64,000 nt of DNA from an uncultured Methanosarcinales archaeon (GCA_964602245.1 CAZRPY010000006.1:77-64076), one strand, 5' to 3'. Shown: positions 36,322 to 46,003, counted from the stretch's first letter. Made by a program: numbers and translations. Notes: generated by a model not told the origin, from the letters alone.

Positions 36322-38076
36322 ATGAGAAGTCATACTTGTGGAGATCTAACAATAAAAGATGTTGGGAAAAAAGTAACTTTGTGTGGCTGGGATCATTCTA
36401 GAAGGGATCATGGTGGGTTAATTTTTATTGACATTAGAGATAGATATGGACTTACACAGATAGTTTTCCATCCAGATAAAAAGGATATCTTTAGGATAGC
36501 AGAGAGCTTAAGGAGAGAGGATGTTATACAAGTTACTGGCAAAGTAGCCAGAAGACCAAAAGGAATGGAAAACAAAAGCCTGAAAACAGGGCAGATTGAG
36601 GTTATAGTTGATTCTATTAAAATAATTAACAAAGCTCAGACACCTCCACTTGAGATTGAAGATAGGATTGATGCAAATGAGGAGATGAGGTTAAAGTACA
36701 GATATCTTGACTTGAGAAGACCTAAGATGCAGCATTACTTGCTGATAAGGCATAAGGCAATGTTAGCTGCAATGAGGTATCTTGATAGTAAAGGTTTTGT
36801 GCACATTGAAACTCCAATGTTAGTTAGAAGCACCCCAGAAGGAGCTAGAGATTATATTGTTCCAAGTAGAGTTAATCCAGGGAAGTTTTATGCACTGCCA
36901 CAAAGTCCACAGCTTTACAAACAAATATTGATGATAGCTGGTTTTGATAGATACTTCCAAGTTGCTAGATGCTTAAGAGATGAGGATTTAAGAGCTGACA
37001 GACAGCCAGAGCATACACAGATAGATATAGAGATTAGCTTTGCAGATGTTCCAGAGCTGCTTGATATTTATGAAGGATTGATTAAGGCTATCTTTAAAGA
37101 TGCTGGGAAAATTGAGTTTAAAGAAAAATTCAAAGTAATGGATTATGAAGATGCTATGCTAAAATATGGAACAGATAAGCCTGATTTAAGATTTGGATTA
37201 GAATTGATAGATGTAACAGATATTATGACTAAATCTGATTTTGAAGTTTTTAAGAATGAAATAAAAAATAAAAGAATTGTTAAGTGCATTAATCCTGCAA
37301 AGGATTTCTCCAGGAATGAGATTGATGATTACATTAAGTTCTGCCAGGAGCATGGAGCAAAAGGTATGGCATGGATGAAAGTAACTAAAAATGAATTGGA
37401 ATCTAATATTGTGAAATATTTCTCTAAAGAGTTGCAGAAAGAAATAATAAAGAAGACAAAGGCAAAAAATAATAGCTTTTTAATGTTTGTTGCAGGAAAG
37501 CCTAAATTAGTTAATGAGGTATTATCAAAATTAAGAAATAAGCTGGGAGAAGATCTAGGATTGATTAAAAAGAACGAGTTTAAGTTCTGCTGGATAGTTA
37601 ATTTTCCATTATTTGAATGGAATGAAGAAGAAAGTAGATGGGATCCAATGCATCACATTTTTACCAAGCCTTTGGATGAAGATATTAAATATCTTGAAAC
37701 AGATCCTGGAAGAGTAAGATGTTACCAGTATGATTTAGTTTTGAATGGAGTGGAGCTTGGAAGCGGTAGCCTAAGAATTGATAATCCAGAGCTGCAGGAA
37801 AGGGTGATGAAAGTTATAGGCATTAGCCATGAGCAAGCTCAGAAAAGGTTTGGATTCTTGCTTGAAGCCTACAAATATGGAGCTCCAACACATGGAGGAA
37901 TAGGCTTGGGATTTGATAGGATTGTTGCAATGATGCTCGGCTTTAATGATATAAGAGATGTTATTGCTTTTCCAAAAAATAAGGCTGCTGAATGTCCAAT
38001 GGATGATAGTCCTAGTGAGGTTGATGAGAAGCAATTGAAAGAGTTGAATATTAAGACAGATATTGCTAAGGGATAA
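36322..38076 (+). CDS. aspS: Aspartate--tRNA ligase, bacterial type (with GAD insertion domain); probably non-discriminating
   Basis: RSHTCGDLT, DHGGLIFIDIRDRYG, QSPQLYKQILM, CLRDEDLRADRQPEHTQIDIE, GGIGLGFDR. About 585 aa, which includes the bacterial insertion. Sits next to gatC and upstream of gatA and gatB. Confidence 0.9.
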   Translation: MRSHTCGDLTIKDVGKKVTLCGWDHSRRDHGGLIFIDIRDRYGLTQIVFHPDKKDIFRIAESLRREDVIQVTGKVARRPKGMENKSLKTGQIEVIVDSIKIINKAQTPPLEIEDRIDANEEMRLKYRYLDLRRPKMQHYLLIRHKAMLAAMRYLDSKGFVHIETPMLVRSTPEGARDYIVPSRVNPGKFYALPQSPQLYKQILMIAGFDRYFQVARCLRDEDLRADRQPEHTQIDIEISFADVPELLDIYEGLIKAIFKDAGKIEFKEKFKVMDYEDAMLKYGTDKPDLRFGLELIDVTDIMTKSDFEVFKNEIKNKRIVKCINPAKDFSRNEIDDYIKFCQEHGAKGMAWMKVTKNELESNIVKYFSKELQKEIIKKTKAKNNSFLMFVAGKPKLVNEVLSKLRNKLGEDLGLIKKNEFKFCWIVNFPLFEWNEEESRWDPMHHIFTKPLDEDIKYLETDPGRVRCYQYDLVLNGVELGSGSLRIDNPELQERVMKVIGISHEQAQKRFGFLLEAYKYGAPTHGGIGLGFDRIVAMMLGFNDIRDVIAFPKNKAAECPMDDSPSEVDEKQLKELNIKTDIAKG

Positions 38077-38098
38077 TTTTATTGGTTGTGGGGTCAAT

Positions 38099-38383
38099 AT
38101 GAACGTTGACAAAGAGTTAATGGAGCACATTGCAGAACTTGCAAGGCTAAAACTTAAGAAAGAAGAAGTTGATAAGTTTACTCCTCAGCTAAAAGAAGTT
38201 CTAGATGTATTTACAAAGTTAAGTGAGGTTGATACTCATAATGTTGAGCCTAGTTTTCAGCCTGTTATGATAAAAAATGTACTGAGAAAGGATGAGGCAG
38301 GGAAATGTTTGAGCCAGGAAGATGCATTGTCTTTGACAATTCACAAGAAAGAAGGCTATTTTAAAGGGCCTAGAGTTGTTTAA
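38099..38383 (+). CDS. gatC: Asp/Glu-tRNA amidotransferase subunit C
   Basis: MNVDKELMEHIAELARLKLKKEEVDKF...VEPSFQP is typical GatC. Confidence 0.85.
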   Translation: MNVDKELMEHIAELARLKLKKEEVDKFTPQLKEVLDVFTKLSEVDTHNVEPSFQPVMIKNVLRKDEAGKCLSQEDALSLTIHKKEGYFKGPRVV

Positions 38384-38933
38384 AATGCACAAGCAATTAA
38401 AGCTTTTCTTAACTGCAAATGCCTTTTTTGTATTAGCAGTAGGTATGTTTGGGCCTATTTATGCTATATTTGTTCAGAAAGTTGGAGGTGATATACTTGC
38501 TGCTGGAACTGCTTGGGCAATCTTTACAATTATTTCTGGTATTGGTATATTATTCATGGGGAAAATACAAGACAAAATAAAAAGGGATAAGCCCTCTATA
38601 ATACTAGGTTATGCTTTAATGAGTCTTGGATTTTTGGGCTATTATTTTGTTTCTAATGTCACTCAGTTATTTTTAGTGCAGATATTATTAGGAATTAGTA
38701 CAGTAGTATTGACTCCTGCTTACGATTCATTTTACACAAAATATTTGGAAAAAGGAAAGTTTGCTTCTCAATGGGCAGCATGGGAGGGTATATGGTATCT
38801 AGTAACAGGTATTGCTGCACTAGTTGGAGCATTTCTCGCAAATTTGTTTGGCTTTAGAATACTATTCTTGATTATGTTCTTTGTATCACTTATTGGTTTA
38901 TTTTTATCAATGCAATTGAAGGAGAAAAAATGA
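38376..38933 (+). CDS. Six-helix MFS-like half-transporter (185 aa)
   Basis: Six hydrophobic helices resembling one MFS half. Overlaps the gatC stop and the downstream hydrolase start. Confidence 0.55.
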   Translation: MFKMHKQLKLFLTANAFFVLAVGMFGPIYAIFVQKVGGDILAAGTAWAIFTIISGIGILFMGKIQDKIKRDKPSIILGYALMSLGFLGYYFVSNVTQLFLVQILLGISTVVLTPAYDSFYTKYLEKGKFASQWAAWEGIWYLVTGIAALVGAFLANLFGFRILFLIMFFVSLIGLFLSMQLKEKK

Positions 38934-39685
38934 AAGAAATTCCTGTCGCATTTAAGTCAGGGAATAAACAGTTAATTGGAGTCTTACATCTACCTAATAA
39001 GAAAAATGCTCCATGTGTAATAATGTGTCATGGTTATGGTGGCAATAAGCAGGGGAATCCAAGCAGAACTTTTGTAAAGACTGCTAGATATTTCTCAAAA
39101 AGTGGTATAGCATCTTTGCGATTTGATTTTTATGGATGTGGTGATTCAGAAGGTAATTTTGAAGAACTTACAGTGACAAAGCAAATAGAAGATCTTGGGT
39201 CTGCTATTGATTTTGTGCAAGGTTTTGGTGGTATCAATAAAAATAAAATTGCTGTTTTAGGCTGGAGTAGAGGTTCAGCTATATGTATTCTAAGAGCAGC
39301 AAAAGATAGAAGAATAAAATGTATAGTAAGTTGGGCAGGAGAAGCTGATTTTCAAAACCAATGGCCAAAGCAATATATTATAGAAGCGAAGAAGGGAGGT
39401 TATTTCTATTCACGCTGGTGGGGCATAAAGACTACATACAAAGCTTTCTTAGATGAGTCTAAGTACAATATCTTAAAATTGCTCAAGAAAATGCATGTGC
39501 CATTTCTTGTACTTCATGGTAACCGAGATGAAAATGTAGCTCTATCACAAGGAGAATTGTTATATGAACATGCAAATAGTCCAAAGAAAATAGTTATAGT
39601 GAAAGGTGCTGACCACTCATTTACAGGATTTGAAAATAAAGTTATGAAAGAAACATATTCATGGATTAAAAGATGGCTAAAATAA
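38930..39685 (+). CDS. Alpha/beta-fold hydrolase
   Basis: HGYGGN oxyanion region, GWSRGS nucleophile elbow, C-terminal GADHSF. Confidence 0.8.
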   Translation: MKEIPVAFKSGNKQLIGVLHLPNKKNAPCVIMCHGYGGNKQGNPSRTFVKTARYFSKSGIASLRFDFYGCGDSEGNFEELTVTKQIEDLGSAIDFVQGFGGINKNKIAVLGWSRGSAICILRAAKDRRIKCIVSWAGEADFQNQWPKQYIIEAKKGGYFYSRWWGIKTTYKAFLDESKYNILKLLKKMHVPFLVLHGNRDENVALSQGELLYEHANSPKKIVIVKGADHSFTGFENKVMKETYSWIKRWLK

Positions 39686-39701
39686 ATGAAATTAAATCTC
39701 G

Positions 39702-41132
39702 ATGATGAACTTAAAAGAATATATTGCACAAGTTAAGTCAGGAAGCCTAGATATTATTGAGGAAACTCATAAGGCTATAGAAAATGCTAAGAAAATTAAT
39801 TCTATCTATAATTATTTTAATGTTATTTGTGAGGGGCATGCAATAACACAGGCAGAAAAACTAAAGGAGAAGATTAAACAGAAAAAGGCAAATGGAAAGC
39901 TACTAGGTGTTTTTATATCTGCTAAAGATAGCATATGTGTTAAAGATGTTGAGAGTACTGCTGGAAGCAAGATTCTTTCTGGCTATAAGCCCTTGTTTGA
40001 TGCACATGTCATTAAAAGAGTTAAGGAAGAGGATGGCATTATTATAGGAAAGACTAGCCAAGATGAGTTTGGATTTGGAAGCTTTAGCGTTAATATTGGC
40101 ATTGGCTATAAAGTTCCAAAGAATCCTTTTGATTTAGATAGAAGTTGTGGAGGCTCTTCAGGAGGGGCAGCAGGTATAGCTCAGAAAGCTAACTTTGCTC
40201 ATATTTCTTTAGGTGAAAGCACCGGTGGCAGTATTGCAGCTCCTGCATCTTTTTGCAGTGTTTTTGGATTATGCCCAACATATGGCAGAGTTTCTAGGTA
40301 TGGATTAATAGATTTTGGAAATTCTCTGGACAAGATTGGAGCTGTTGGAAAGAGTGTTTATGACACCAGATTATTGCAGTCTGTAATTTCTGGATATGAT
40401 GAAAGAGATAGCACTTCATTAAATGTTAATGAGGAAGATTATACTAAAATTATTGGAAAGAGTTTGAAAGGAATGAAGATAGGTATTATAAAAGAGGCTT
40501 TTGGTAATAATGATGAGGCTGTTGAGAAAAATGTTTATGATGCGATTGAAAAATTAAAAGAAAAAAAGATTGAGGTTGAACCAATTAGCCTAGAATTGCC
40601 GATAAAATATGGGTTAGCTGTTTACTATATTTTAGCAACTTCTGAGGCTTCAACTAATCTTGCAAAGTATTGTGGAATGAGATATGGCATGGCAGAGCAT
40701 TTAGAGGGTAATTTTAATGAATACTTTACTAAGGTAAGGAGCAATAATCTAGGTGATGAGGCAAAAAGGAGAATTATTTTAGGAACATTTGTTAGGATGT
40801 CTGGGTATAGAGATGCTTATTACATAAAAGCTGCAAAAGTAAGGACATTAATGATTCAGGAATATAAAAGGGCTTTTAAGAAATTTGATGCATTAGTTAG
40901 TCCTACTATGCCTATACTGCCGCCAAAGTTTTCTGATATAGCAAAATTAACACCATTGCAGAATTATATGATGGATGTATTATTGCTAGGACCTAATGTG
41001 GCTGGACTGCCACATATGAATGTTCCAGTTGGGTTTGAAGGAAAATTGCCTGTTGGCATGCTGCTAACATCAGATCATTTACAGGAAGGTAAGTTATTGC
41101 AGATTGCTAGCGTGTTTGATGAAAAACAATAA
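39702..41132 (+). CDS. gatA: Asp/Glu-tRNA amidotransferase subunit A (amidase signature)
   Basis: GGSSGGAA amidase signature, SKDSICVKD, GLPHMNVPVG. Confidence 0.92.
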   Translation: MMNLKEYIAQVKSGSLDIIEETHKAIENAKKINSIYNYFNVICEGHAITQAEKLKEKIKQKKANGKLLGVFISAKDSICVKDVESTAGSKILSGYKPLFDAHVIKRVKEEDGIIIGKTSQDEFGFGSFSVNIGIGYKVPKNPFDLDRSCGGSSGGAAGIAQKANFAHISLGESTGGSIAAPASFCSVFGLCPTYGRVSRYGLIDFGNSLDKIGAVGKSVYDTRLLQSVISGYDERDSTSLNVNEEDYTKIIGKSLKGMKIGIIKEAFGNNDEAVEKNVYDAIEKLKEKKIEVEPISLELPIKYGLAVYYILATSEASTNLAKYCGMRYGMAEHLEGNFNEYFTKVRSNNLGDEAKRRIILGTFVRMSGYRDAYYIKAAKVRTLMIQEYKRAFKKFDALVSPTMPILPPKFSDIAKLTPLQNYMMDVLLLGPNVAGLPHMNVPVGFEGKLPVGMLLTSDHLQEGKLLQIASVFDEKQ

Positions 41133-41161
41133 GTAGAATAAAAATAATAGAATAAAAAAAA

Positions 41162-41315
41162 ATTTGCACTATGAGCACGAACTGCGTGCTATATAAGGGT
41201 CCGCTTATCAGTGATGTAACTTCCCATGTAGCGGACATGTTGAAGGAACAATGTTCCGAGACATTAGGAAGCCGCAGCTTCCTACAGGTAGACCCAGTGC
41301 TCACAAATTGCAAAT
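41162..41315 (+). ncRNA. GC-rich structured element, family copy A (five-helix form)
   Basis: Closing helix atttgca/tgcaaat. Hairpins gcacg/cgtgc, gtccgct/agcggac, ggaac/gttcc, ggaagc/gcttcc. Conserved gagac and acaggta. About 46% G+C by hand count in an AT-rich background. Confidence 0.6.
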
Positions 41316-41341
41316 AAAATAAATTGATAATTAAAATAAAA

Positions 41342-42766
41342 ATGAGTAAACAACATTTTATAACTGATATTGTGATAGGTTTAGAGGTGCACGTAGAGCT
41401 AGACTGCAATACTAAATTGTTCTGCAGTTGCCCTACTAAAGGAAGTGAAGAGCCTAATACAAGAACATGTGAAGTATGCTTAGGGATGCCTGGAAGCAAG
41501 CCAGTGTTGAATGAAAGAGCAGTAGAGTATGCAGTTAAGCTTTGTATGGCAACTCATTGTGAGATTTCTCCAATATTAGTTTTCTCAAGAAAATCTTATT
41601 TCTATCCAGATATGGCTAAGAACTATCAGATAAGCCAGTATGAAATACCATTAGGAAAAAATGGGAAAATAGTGCTTAGCAATGGCAAAGAAATTTGGTT
41701 AATAAGGATACATATTGAAGAAGATCCTGCTTCTTTAGTGCATCCTGCTGGAATGAGGGAATCTGGATATGTTCTAGTGGATTATAATAGGAGTGGCAAT
41801 CCATTGGTAGAGATAGTTACAGAGCCTGATATTGCAAGTGCAGATGAAGCTAGAGATTTTATGAAAAAGTTAGTCAGCATACTAAATTATTTAGAAATAT
41901 TTGATTTAAATAAATGTGTTATTAAGGCAGATGCAAATGTTTCTATTAAGGAATCTGGTTATACTAGAGTTGAGATTAAGAATATAACTGGCTTTAAGGA
42001 GATTGAAAGGGCTATTGAATATGAAATAAAAAGGCAGAAAAAAGAGGTTAGTGAAGGAAATAAAATACATCAGGAAACTAGAGCATGGGATTCTGACAAA
42101 GGTGTTACACATTCCCTTAGGAAAAAAGAGGCTGAAGAGGATTATGGATATATCATTGAGCCAGATTTAGTTGTTACAAATATAAGTAATGAGTATCTTG
42201 ATAAAATAAAAGAAAGTTTGCCTGAGCTTGCTGAACAGAAGATTAAAAAGTTTTTAGAGAAGCATGGTATAAAGAAAGAAGATGCAGAGATACTTGCGGC
42301 TGAGAAAGAATTGGCAGAACTATATGAGAAAGTTGCAGAAGATATTAATCCTGAGCTTGCTGCTAAATGGCTAAGAAGGGAGTTAATGAGAGTAGTGCAT
42401 TATAGTGATAAAACACTAAAAGAAATTAAGATTGACGAGAAAAATCTTATTGCACTGCTTGAGTTAATTGAAAAGAAAAGGATTACAGATAAAGTTGGAC
42501 AAAGGCTAATGGAGATGTTAATAGCTAAGCCATTTGATGTTAAAGAATATGTGAAGAAAGAGAAATTAGAAGCACTTGCAGATGTTTCTGAGCTTGAGGA
42601 TATATGTAGGCAAGCTATTGAGGAAAATCCTAAAGCAGTTAAGGATTATAAGGCAGGAAGACTAGAAGCATTAAACTTTATTGTTGGAGCTGTGATGAAA
42701 AAGACTAAAGGCAAGGCAACACCTAAAGAGGTGAATGATATATTAAAAAGACTAATTGGCTTATAA
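41342..42766 (+). CDS. gatB: Asp/Glu-tRNA amidotransferase subunit B
   Basis: IGLEVHVEL, CEVCLGMPGSKPVLN, DYNRSGNPLVEIVTEPD. Start set at MSKQHF. Confidence 0.92.
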   Translation: MSKQHFITDIVIGLEVHVELDCNTKLFCSCPTKGSEEPNTRTCEVCLGMPGSKPVLNERAVEYAVKLCMATHCEISPILVFSRKSYFYPDMAKNYQISQYEIPLGKNGKIVLSNGKEIWLIRIHIEEDPASLVHPAGMRESGYVLVDYNRSGNPLVEIVTEPDIASADEARDFMKKLVSILNYLEIFDLNKCVIKADANVSIKESGYTRVEIKNITGFKEIERAIEYEIKRQKKEVSEGNKIHQETRAWDSDKGVTHSLRKKEAEEDYGYIIEPDLVVTNISNEYLDKIKESLPELAEQKIKKFLEKHGIKKEDAEILAAEKELAELYEKVAEDINPELAAKWLRRELMRVVHYSDKTLKEIKIDEKNLIALLELIEKKRITDKVGQRLMEMLIAKPFDVKEYVKKEKLEALADVSELEDICRQAIEENPKAVKDYKAGRLEALNFIVGAVMKKTKGKATPKEVNDILKRLIGL

Positions 42767-43996
42767 TTATTTCATCTCAATATTTAGCTCTTCAAATAAT
42801 CTTTCAGCCTCTTCTTTAACTCTTTTTTCAAAGTCTGCTAGTCGTTCTCCTTCCTTTCTTTCCTGGCTTAATAGGGTCATTAGCTCCTTAATCATTTTTT
42901 TTTCTGAGTCTATACTTACATTTTCAAGCTTAAACTGTCCAAGCTGCTCATTAATTATGGAATCTTCAATTTCCTGCTGGGATTTTACTTCTACATAGAC
43001 AGAATCAAACTCTGGAGAGGTTAGCTTTGCAGTGTTTTTCATTACAAAGTAAGCTGATTTATCATAAAATTGCTGGAAAATTTCCTTATAATTAATATCT
43101 GAAGGTCTGCCAGAAAGGAGTTTGCCATACAGCCTTATGGTTACAATTGTATTAATAAATTCTTTATTTTTAATCTCCTCATTGATAGCTTTTTCTACAT
43201 CCTCAGGTGTCATGCCAGTACAATCTAAAATAATTTTAAACAATGGATACACTTGAATTGGTTGCCATGATAATTCACCATCATCATAAATATAAAAGCC
43301 GCCTCTCTCAAGCTTTTCTAACTCTTTAAAGTTATTAGGAAATAATGGGCCCGGATAGGCAATTAAGCCGTAACCTTTCTCTTTTTTTTGAAAAACATCA
43401 TGAACATGGCCTGCGGCATAGTAGTCAAAGCCTTTTGGCAACAATGATAATGGAGAAGCGTCCATCTCAGCTAAATCTTCAGGCTTGAACTCATTAATTG
43501 CTGAATGGAACATAAAGATTTTGAAGCCAGTCTCATTTTCTAAATTATCTTTATACAACTGCTCGTAAAAGGATTTTTCTAGCTGTCCTTTTTTGCCTAA
43601 TATTCCTGTTATCTTTGCATTAGTTTTTTTGTCAATTGTAAATTTCAAATGTAGCTTATTGTCAATTACTTTTCCCTTGCAGACATTAGTGAATAAACCT
43701 GCATTCTCTATAACATCTATCATTGTCTTGCCAGTTGGGCTGTAATCATGGCTGCCAGCTATTACATAAACTGCAATATCCGAGTCTTTTAGCTGCTTAA
43801 ATTTAGCTACCACATCTTTTAATAAATCCATTGCTGGCAATGAGGTATCAAATAAATCTCCTGAAATAAGTATAAAGTCAACATTATTTTCTATGCAAAT
43901 GTCCATAGCCCTGAGAAAAGCTAGGGTGCTAACATTCCTTAACCTTGGCTCTTTATAGCTGCCAATGTGGCAATCTGAGAGATGTGCAAATTTCAT
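42767..43996 (-). CDS. mre11: DNA double-strand break repair nuclease Mre11
   Basis: MKFAHLSDCHIG, ILISGDLFD, IAGSHD, GHVH metallophosphoesterase motifs. Immediately downstream of herA. Confidence 0.85.
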   Translation of the reverse strand: MKFAHLSDCHIGSYKEPRLRNVSTLAFLRAMDICIENNVDFILISGDLFDTSLPAMDLLKDVVAKFKQLKDSDIAVYVIAGSHDYSPTGKTMIDVIENAGLFTNVCKGKVIDNKLHLKFTIDKKTNAKITGILGKKGQLEKSFYEQLYKDNLENETGFKIFMFHSAINEFKPEDLAEMDASPLSLLPKGFDYYAAGHVHDVFQKKEKGYGLIAYPGPLFPNNFKELEKLERGGFYIYDDGELSWQPIQVYPLFKIILDCTGMTPEDVEKAINEEIKNKEFINTIVTIRLYGKLLSGRPSDINYKEIFQQFYDKSAYFVMKNTAKLTSPEFDSVYVEVKSQQEIEDSIINEQLGQFKLENVSIDSEKKMIKELMTLLSQERKEGERLADFEKRVKEEAERLFEELNIEMK

Positions 43997-44037
43997 AAGA
44001 AGAGAAGAGAACAGGGTTTTAAATATTTTTGTGATTT

Positions 44038-45552
44038 TTATTCTAATCCTACACCACTGAAACTCATTGTACGCTCTTTCTTGGCACTTTTAACATTATC
44101 CTCAAAGTTAGGGATTTTAAGGGGAATGGCAAATTTTGAGAAATTACTAGTTAATATCGCTTCTCCAATGTCTAAAGCTGCGATATTTCTACTGTCTGTG
44201 CTTAAGTCTTGGGCAGCACTGTCAATAATTGCTTGCCTTTCAGGAGCCATTTCCATGCCTAGAATAATTTTTGTGTTCATATTAGCTAAAATATCTCTAG
44301 GAATTAAGCTTGGGATTTGGGTTATGGCTGTTAAGCCAACTTTAAATTTCCTGCCTTCTCTAGCAATAGTGGAAAATATATTACTGCCTTTCTCAAGAAC
44401 CTCTTTGCCTAAAACTCTAGGAGCTTCCTCCAGGATTATTGAGATGACAGGCTTGTTGTCTAGTTCTCCAGCAAGCTTGTAATACTTGTACCTATTGAAT
44501 ATCTCTGTTGCAATTAAAGTTCCTATAAGAATTTCCTGCTGACCAGAAAAACTTGAAGTATCAACTATAACGGTGTTAGCATTTTCAAGATCTCTTGCAA
44601 TATCTGCTACAGTTGTTTGGCCAGCTTGTGTGTCAAAAATACCATTGCAGAGTATGTTATATTCTTTAAAATCCAAATCCAGCAAGTAAAGCATTCTTCT
44701 TCTGATTACAGAGATTGTATCATCCTTAAACATCTCTATTGGCTTTTCTGTAATAACTGCCTCAACCCATTTCCTGCCATATTTCTTGAAAAACATGTTT
44801 AATGCCTGTTTCTGGGGATCACTGAAGTCAACAACACCTTCAAAATGCTGTGGCTTCAGTATATCTAGATTTACTTTAAGGCTTCTGGAGCCTGATGGAG
44901 GGTTTCTTGGAGTATAATAGATAACTTTCTTAGAAGGATGGTCTTTAAGCCCTAGCTTATTTCTTCCATAATATTCATCGTGAGGATCTAGGACAAGAGC
45001 TGCACAATAATCCTTTCCAGTAGAATCCCATAATAGATTTGCAACTAAGACACTCTTGCCTCTACCAGTAGTGCCTGGAATAAGAATATGATGAGAAAAG
45101 ACTTTATCACCTTCTAAGTAAATATCAACATCTAAGGTTTTTGAACCGCTTCTAAGTTTTCCTAAGAATAATGCATTTTTTGGTTTTCTTAAAAAGGCTA
45201 GATCTTCTTTTGTAACCTCTCTAACTTCAGAGAAAACTTGAGGCAAGTCTTTGCTTATTAATACTTGATTGCCACTTATTGTTATAAAGCTCTTCATAAA
45301 AGCAATATTATAATTTCTAAGTTTTTCATCAAAAAGCTCAAAATCAGTTTCTTCTTCTAGCTTTAAGCCTGATATTAGCTCTAGGTTTTGGTCAGATATC
45401 TGCGAGCCATACTGCAAGTCATAAACCTGAGATAAAATCTTAATGCCATTATTCTCAGCTACAAGAATCTCGCCTAGCTCTATCTTGGCATTTGATTTCT
45501 GCCTTACCTTTATCTTGCCGAACTCTCCAGATATTACTTGACCTTTGCTCAT
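44038..45552 (-). CDS. herA: HerA-type hexameric DNA helicase/translocase
   Basis: Walker [27 protein letters not shown]-barrel-like N-terminus. Confidence 0.85.
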   Translation of the reverse strand: MSKGQVISGEFGKIKVRQKSNAKIELGEILVAENNGIKILSQVYDLQYGSQISDQNLELISGLKLEEETDFELFDEKLRNYNIAFMKSFITISGNQVLISKDLPQVFSEVREVTKEDLAFLRKPKNALFLGKLRSGSKTLDVDIYLEGDKVFSHHILIPGTTGRGKSVLVANLLWDSTGKDYCAALVLDPHDEYYGRNKLGLKDHPSKKVIYYTPRNPPSGSRSLKVNLDILKPQHFEGVVDFSDPQKQALNMFFKKYGRKWVEAVITEKPIEMFKDDTISVIRRRMLYLLDLDFKEYNILCNGIFDTQAGQTTVADIARDLENANTVIVDTSSFSGQQEILIGTLIATEIFNRYKYYKLAGELDNKPVISIILEEAPRVLGKEVLEKGSNIFSTIAREGRKFKVGLTAITQIPSLIPRDILANMNTKIILGMEMAPERQAIIDSAAQDLSTDSRNIAALDIGEAILTSNFSKFAIPLKIPNFEDNVKSAKKERTMSFSGVGLE

Positions 45553-45693
45553 AGAGCAATGGCTAGAGAGTGGTTATTTAAATTTTTATGCAAATTGTAA
45601 AGCAATAAATCATTTTGTTAGTAATTATTAATAAACAATTACTTTTGCCAGTTACTAAATAAAGAAAATAAATAGAAAAATAAAAGAAAAAGC

Positions 45694-45942
45694 TTATCTT
45701 CTCCTTCTTCTTCTCCCGCCTCTCACCATCTTTGCTCTTGAGATATCACCTGATCTATCAATAAAGTAGAGGTAACCCTTCTGTTTTTTAACACCAGCTT
45801 TTGCCACAACTTCTACTTTGGCTCTGCCCTTTTTCCTGCCACCACGAGACATCTTTGCTCTAGAGACATTTCCGCGCTTATCTACAAAATATAGATACCC
45901 GTCCTGCTTTTTCACACCTACTTTTGCAACTTTTTCTGCCAT
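45694..45942 (-). CDS. Small highly basic protein made of two ~40-aa tandem repeats (GYLYF[VI]D...SRAKM.RGGR)
   Basis: The halves VAKVGVKKQDGYLYFVDKRGNVSRAKMSRGGRKKGR and VAKAGVKKQKGYLYFIDRSGDISRAKMVRGGRRRRRR align residue for residue. Confidence 0.6.
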   Translation of the reverse strand: MAEKVAKVGVKKQDGYLYFVDKRGNVSRAKMSRGGRKKGRAKVEVVAKAGVKKQKGYLYFIDRSGDISRAKMVRGGRRRRRR

Positions 45943-46003
45943 TTAAATACCCCCTTTAGAGTTTTTGATATTAGAGCATATTAGGCTCTATAAGACTTTT
46001 TCT

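Noticed and set aside
41162-41315. Assigning the structured-element family to RNase P RNA, 5S rRNA, split or permuted tRNA, H/ACA sRNA or a hammerhead-type ribozyme
   Set aside because: AGUCCG and ACAG strings recall RNase P CR-I/CR-V, and uccgagac...ggaagc faintly recalls 5S. However, the elements are multi-copy and much shorter than RNase P RNA. They lack a T-loop or GGUUCGAAUC, lack a pseudouridylation pocket before the ACA, and lack the CUGAUGA/GAAA hammerhead core.
41107-41499. 130-aa minus-strand ORF spanning the gatA end, structured element A and the gatB start
   Set aside because: It is antisense to two well-supported genes, has a low-complexity Leu/Ile/Ser composition, and reads through the hairpins. 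Most likely an AT-rich antisense artefact.
43982-44482. 166-aa plus-strand ORF antisense to herA (similar cases: 42756-42998, 9058-9486, 3616-4659, 19569-20507)
   Set aside because: They are fully embedded antisense to conserved enzymes, hydrophobic and low-complexity, and have no ribosome-binding site. This is typical shadow-ORF behaviour.
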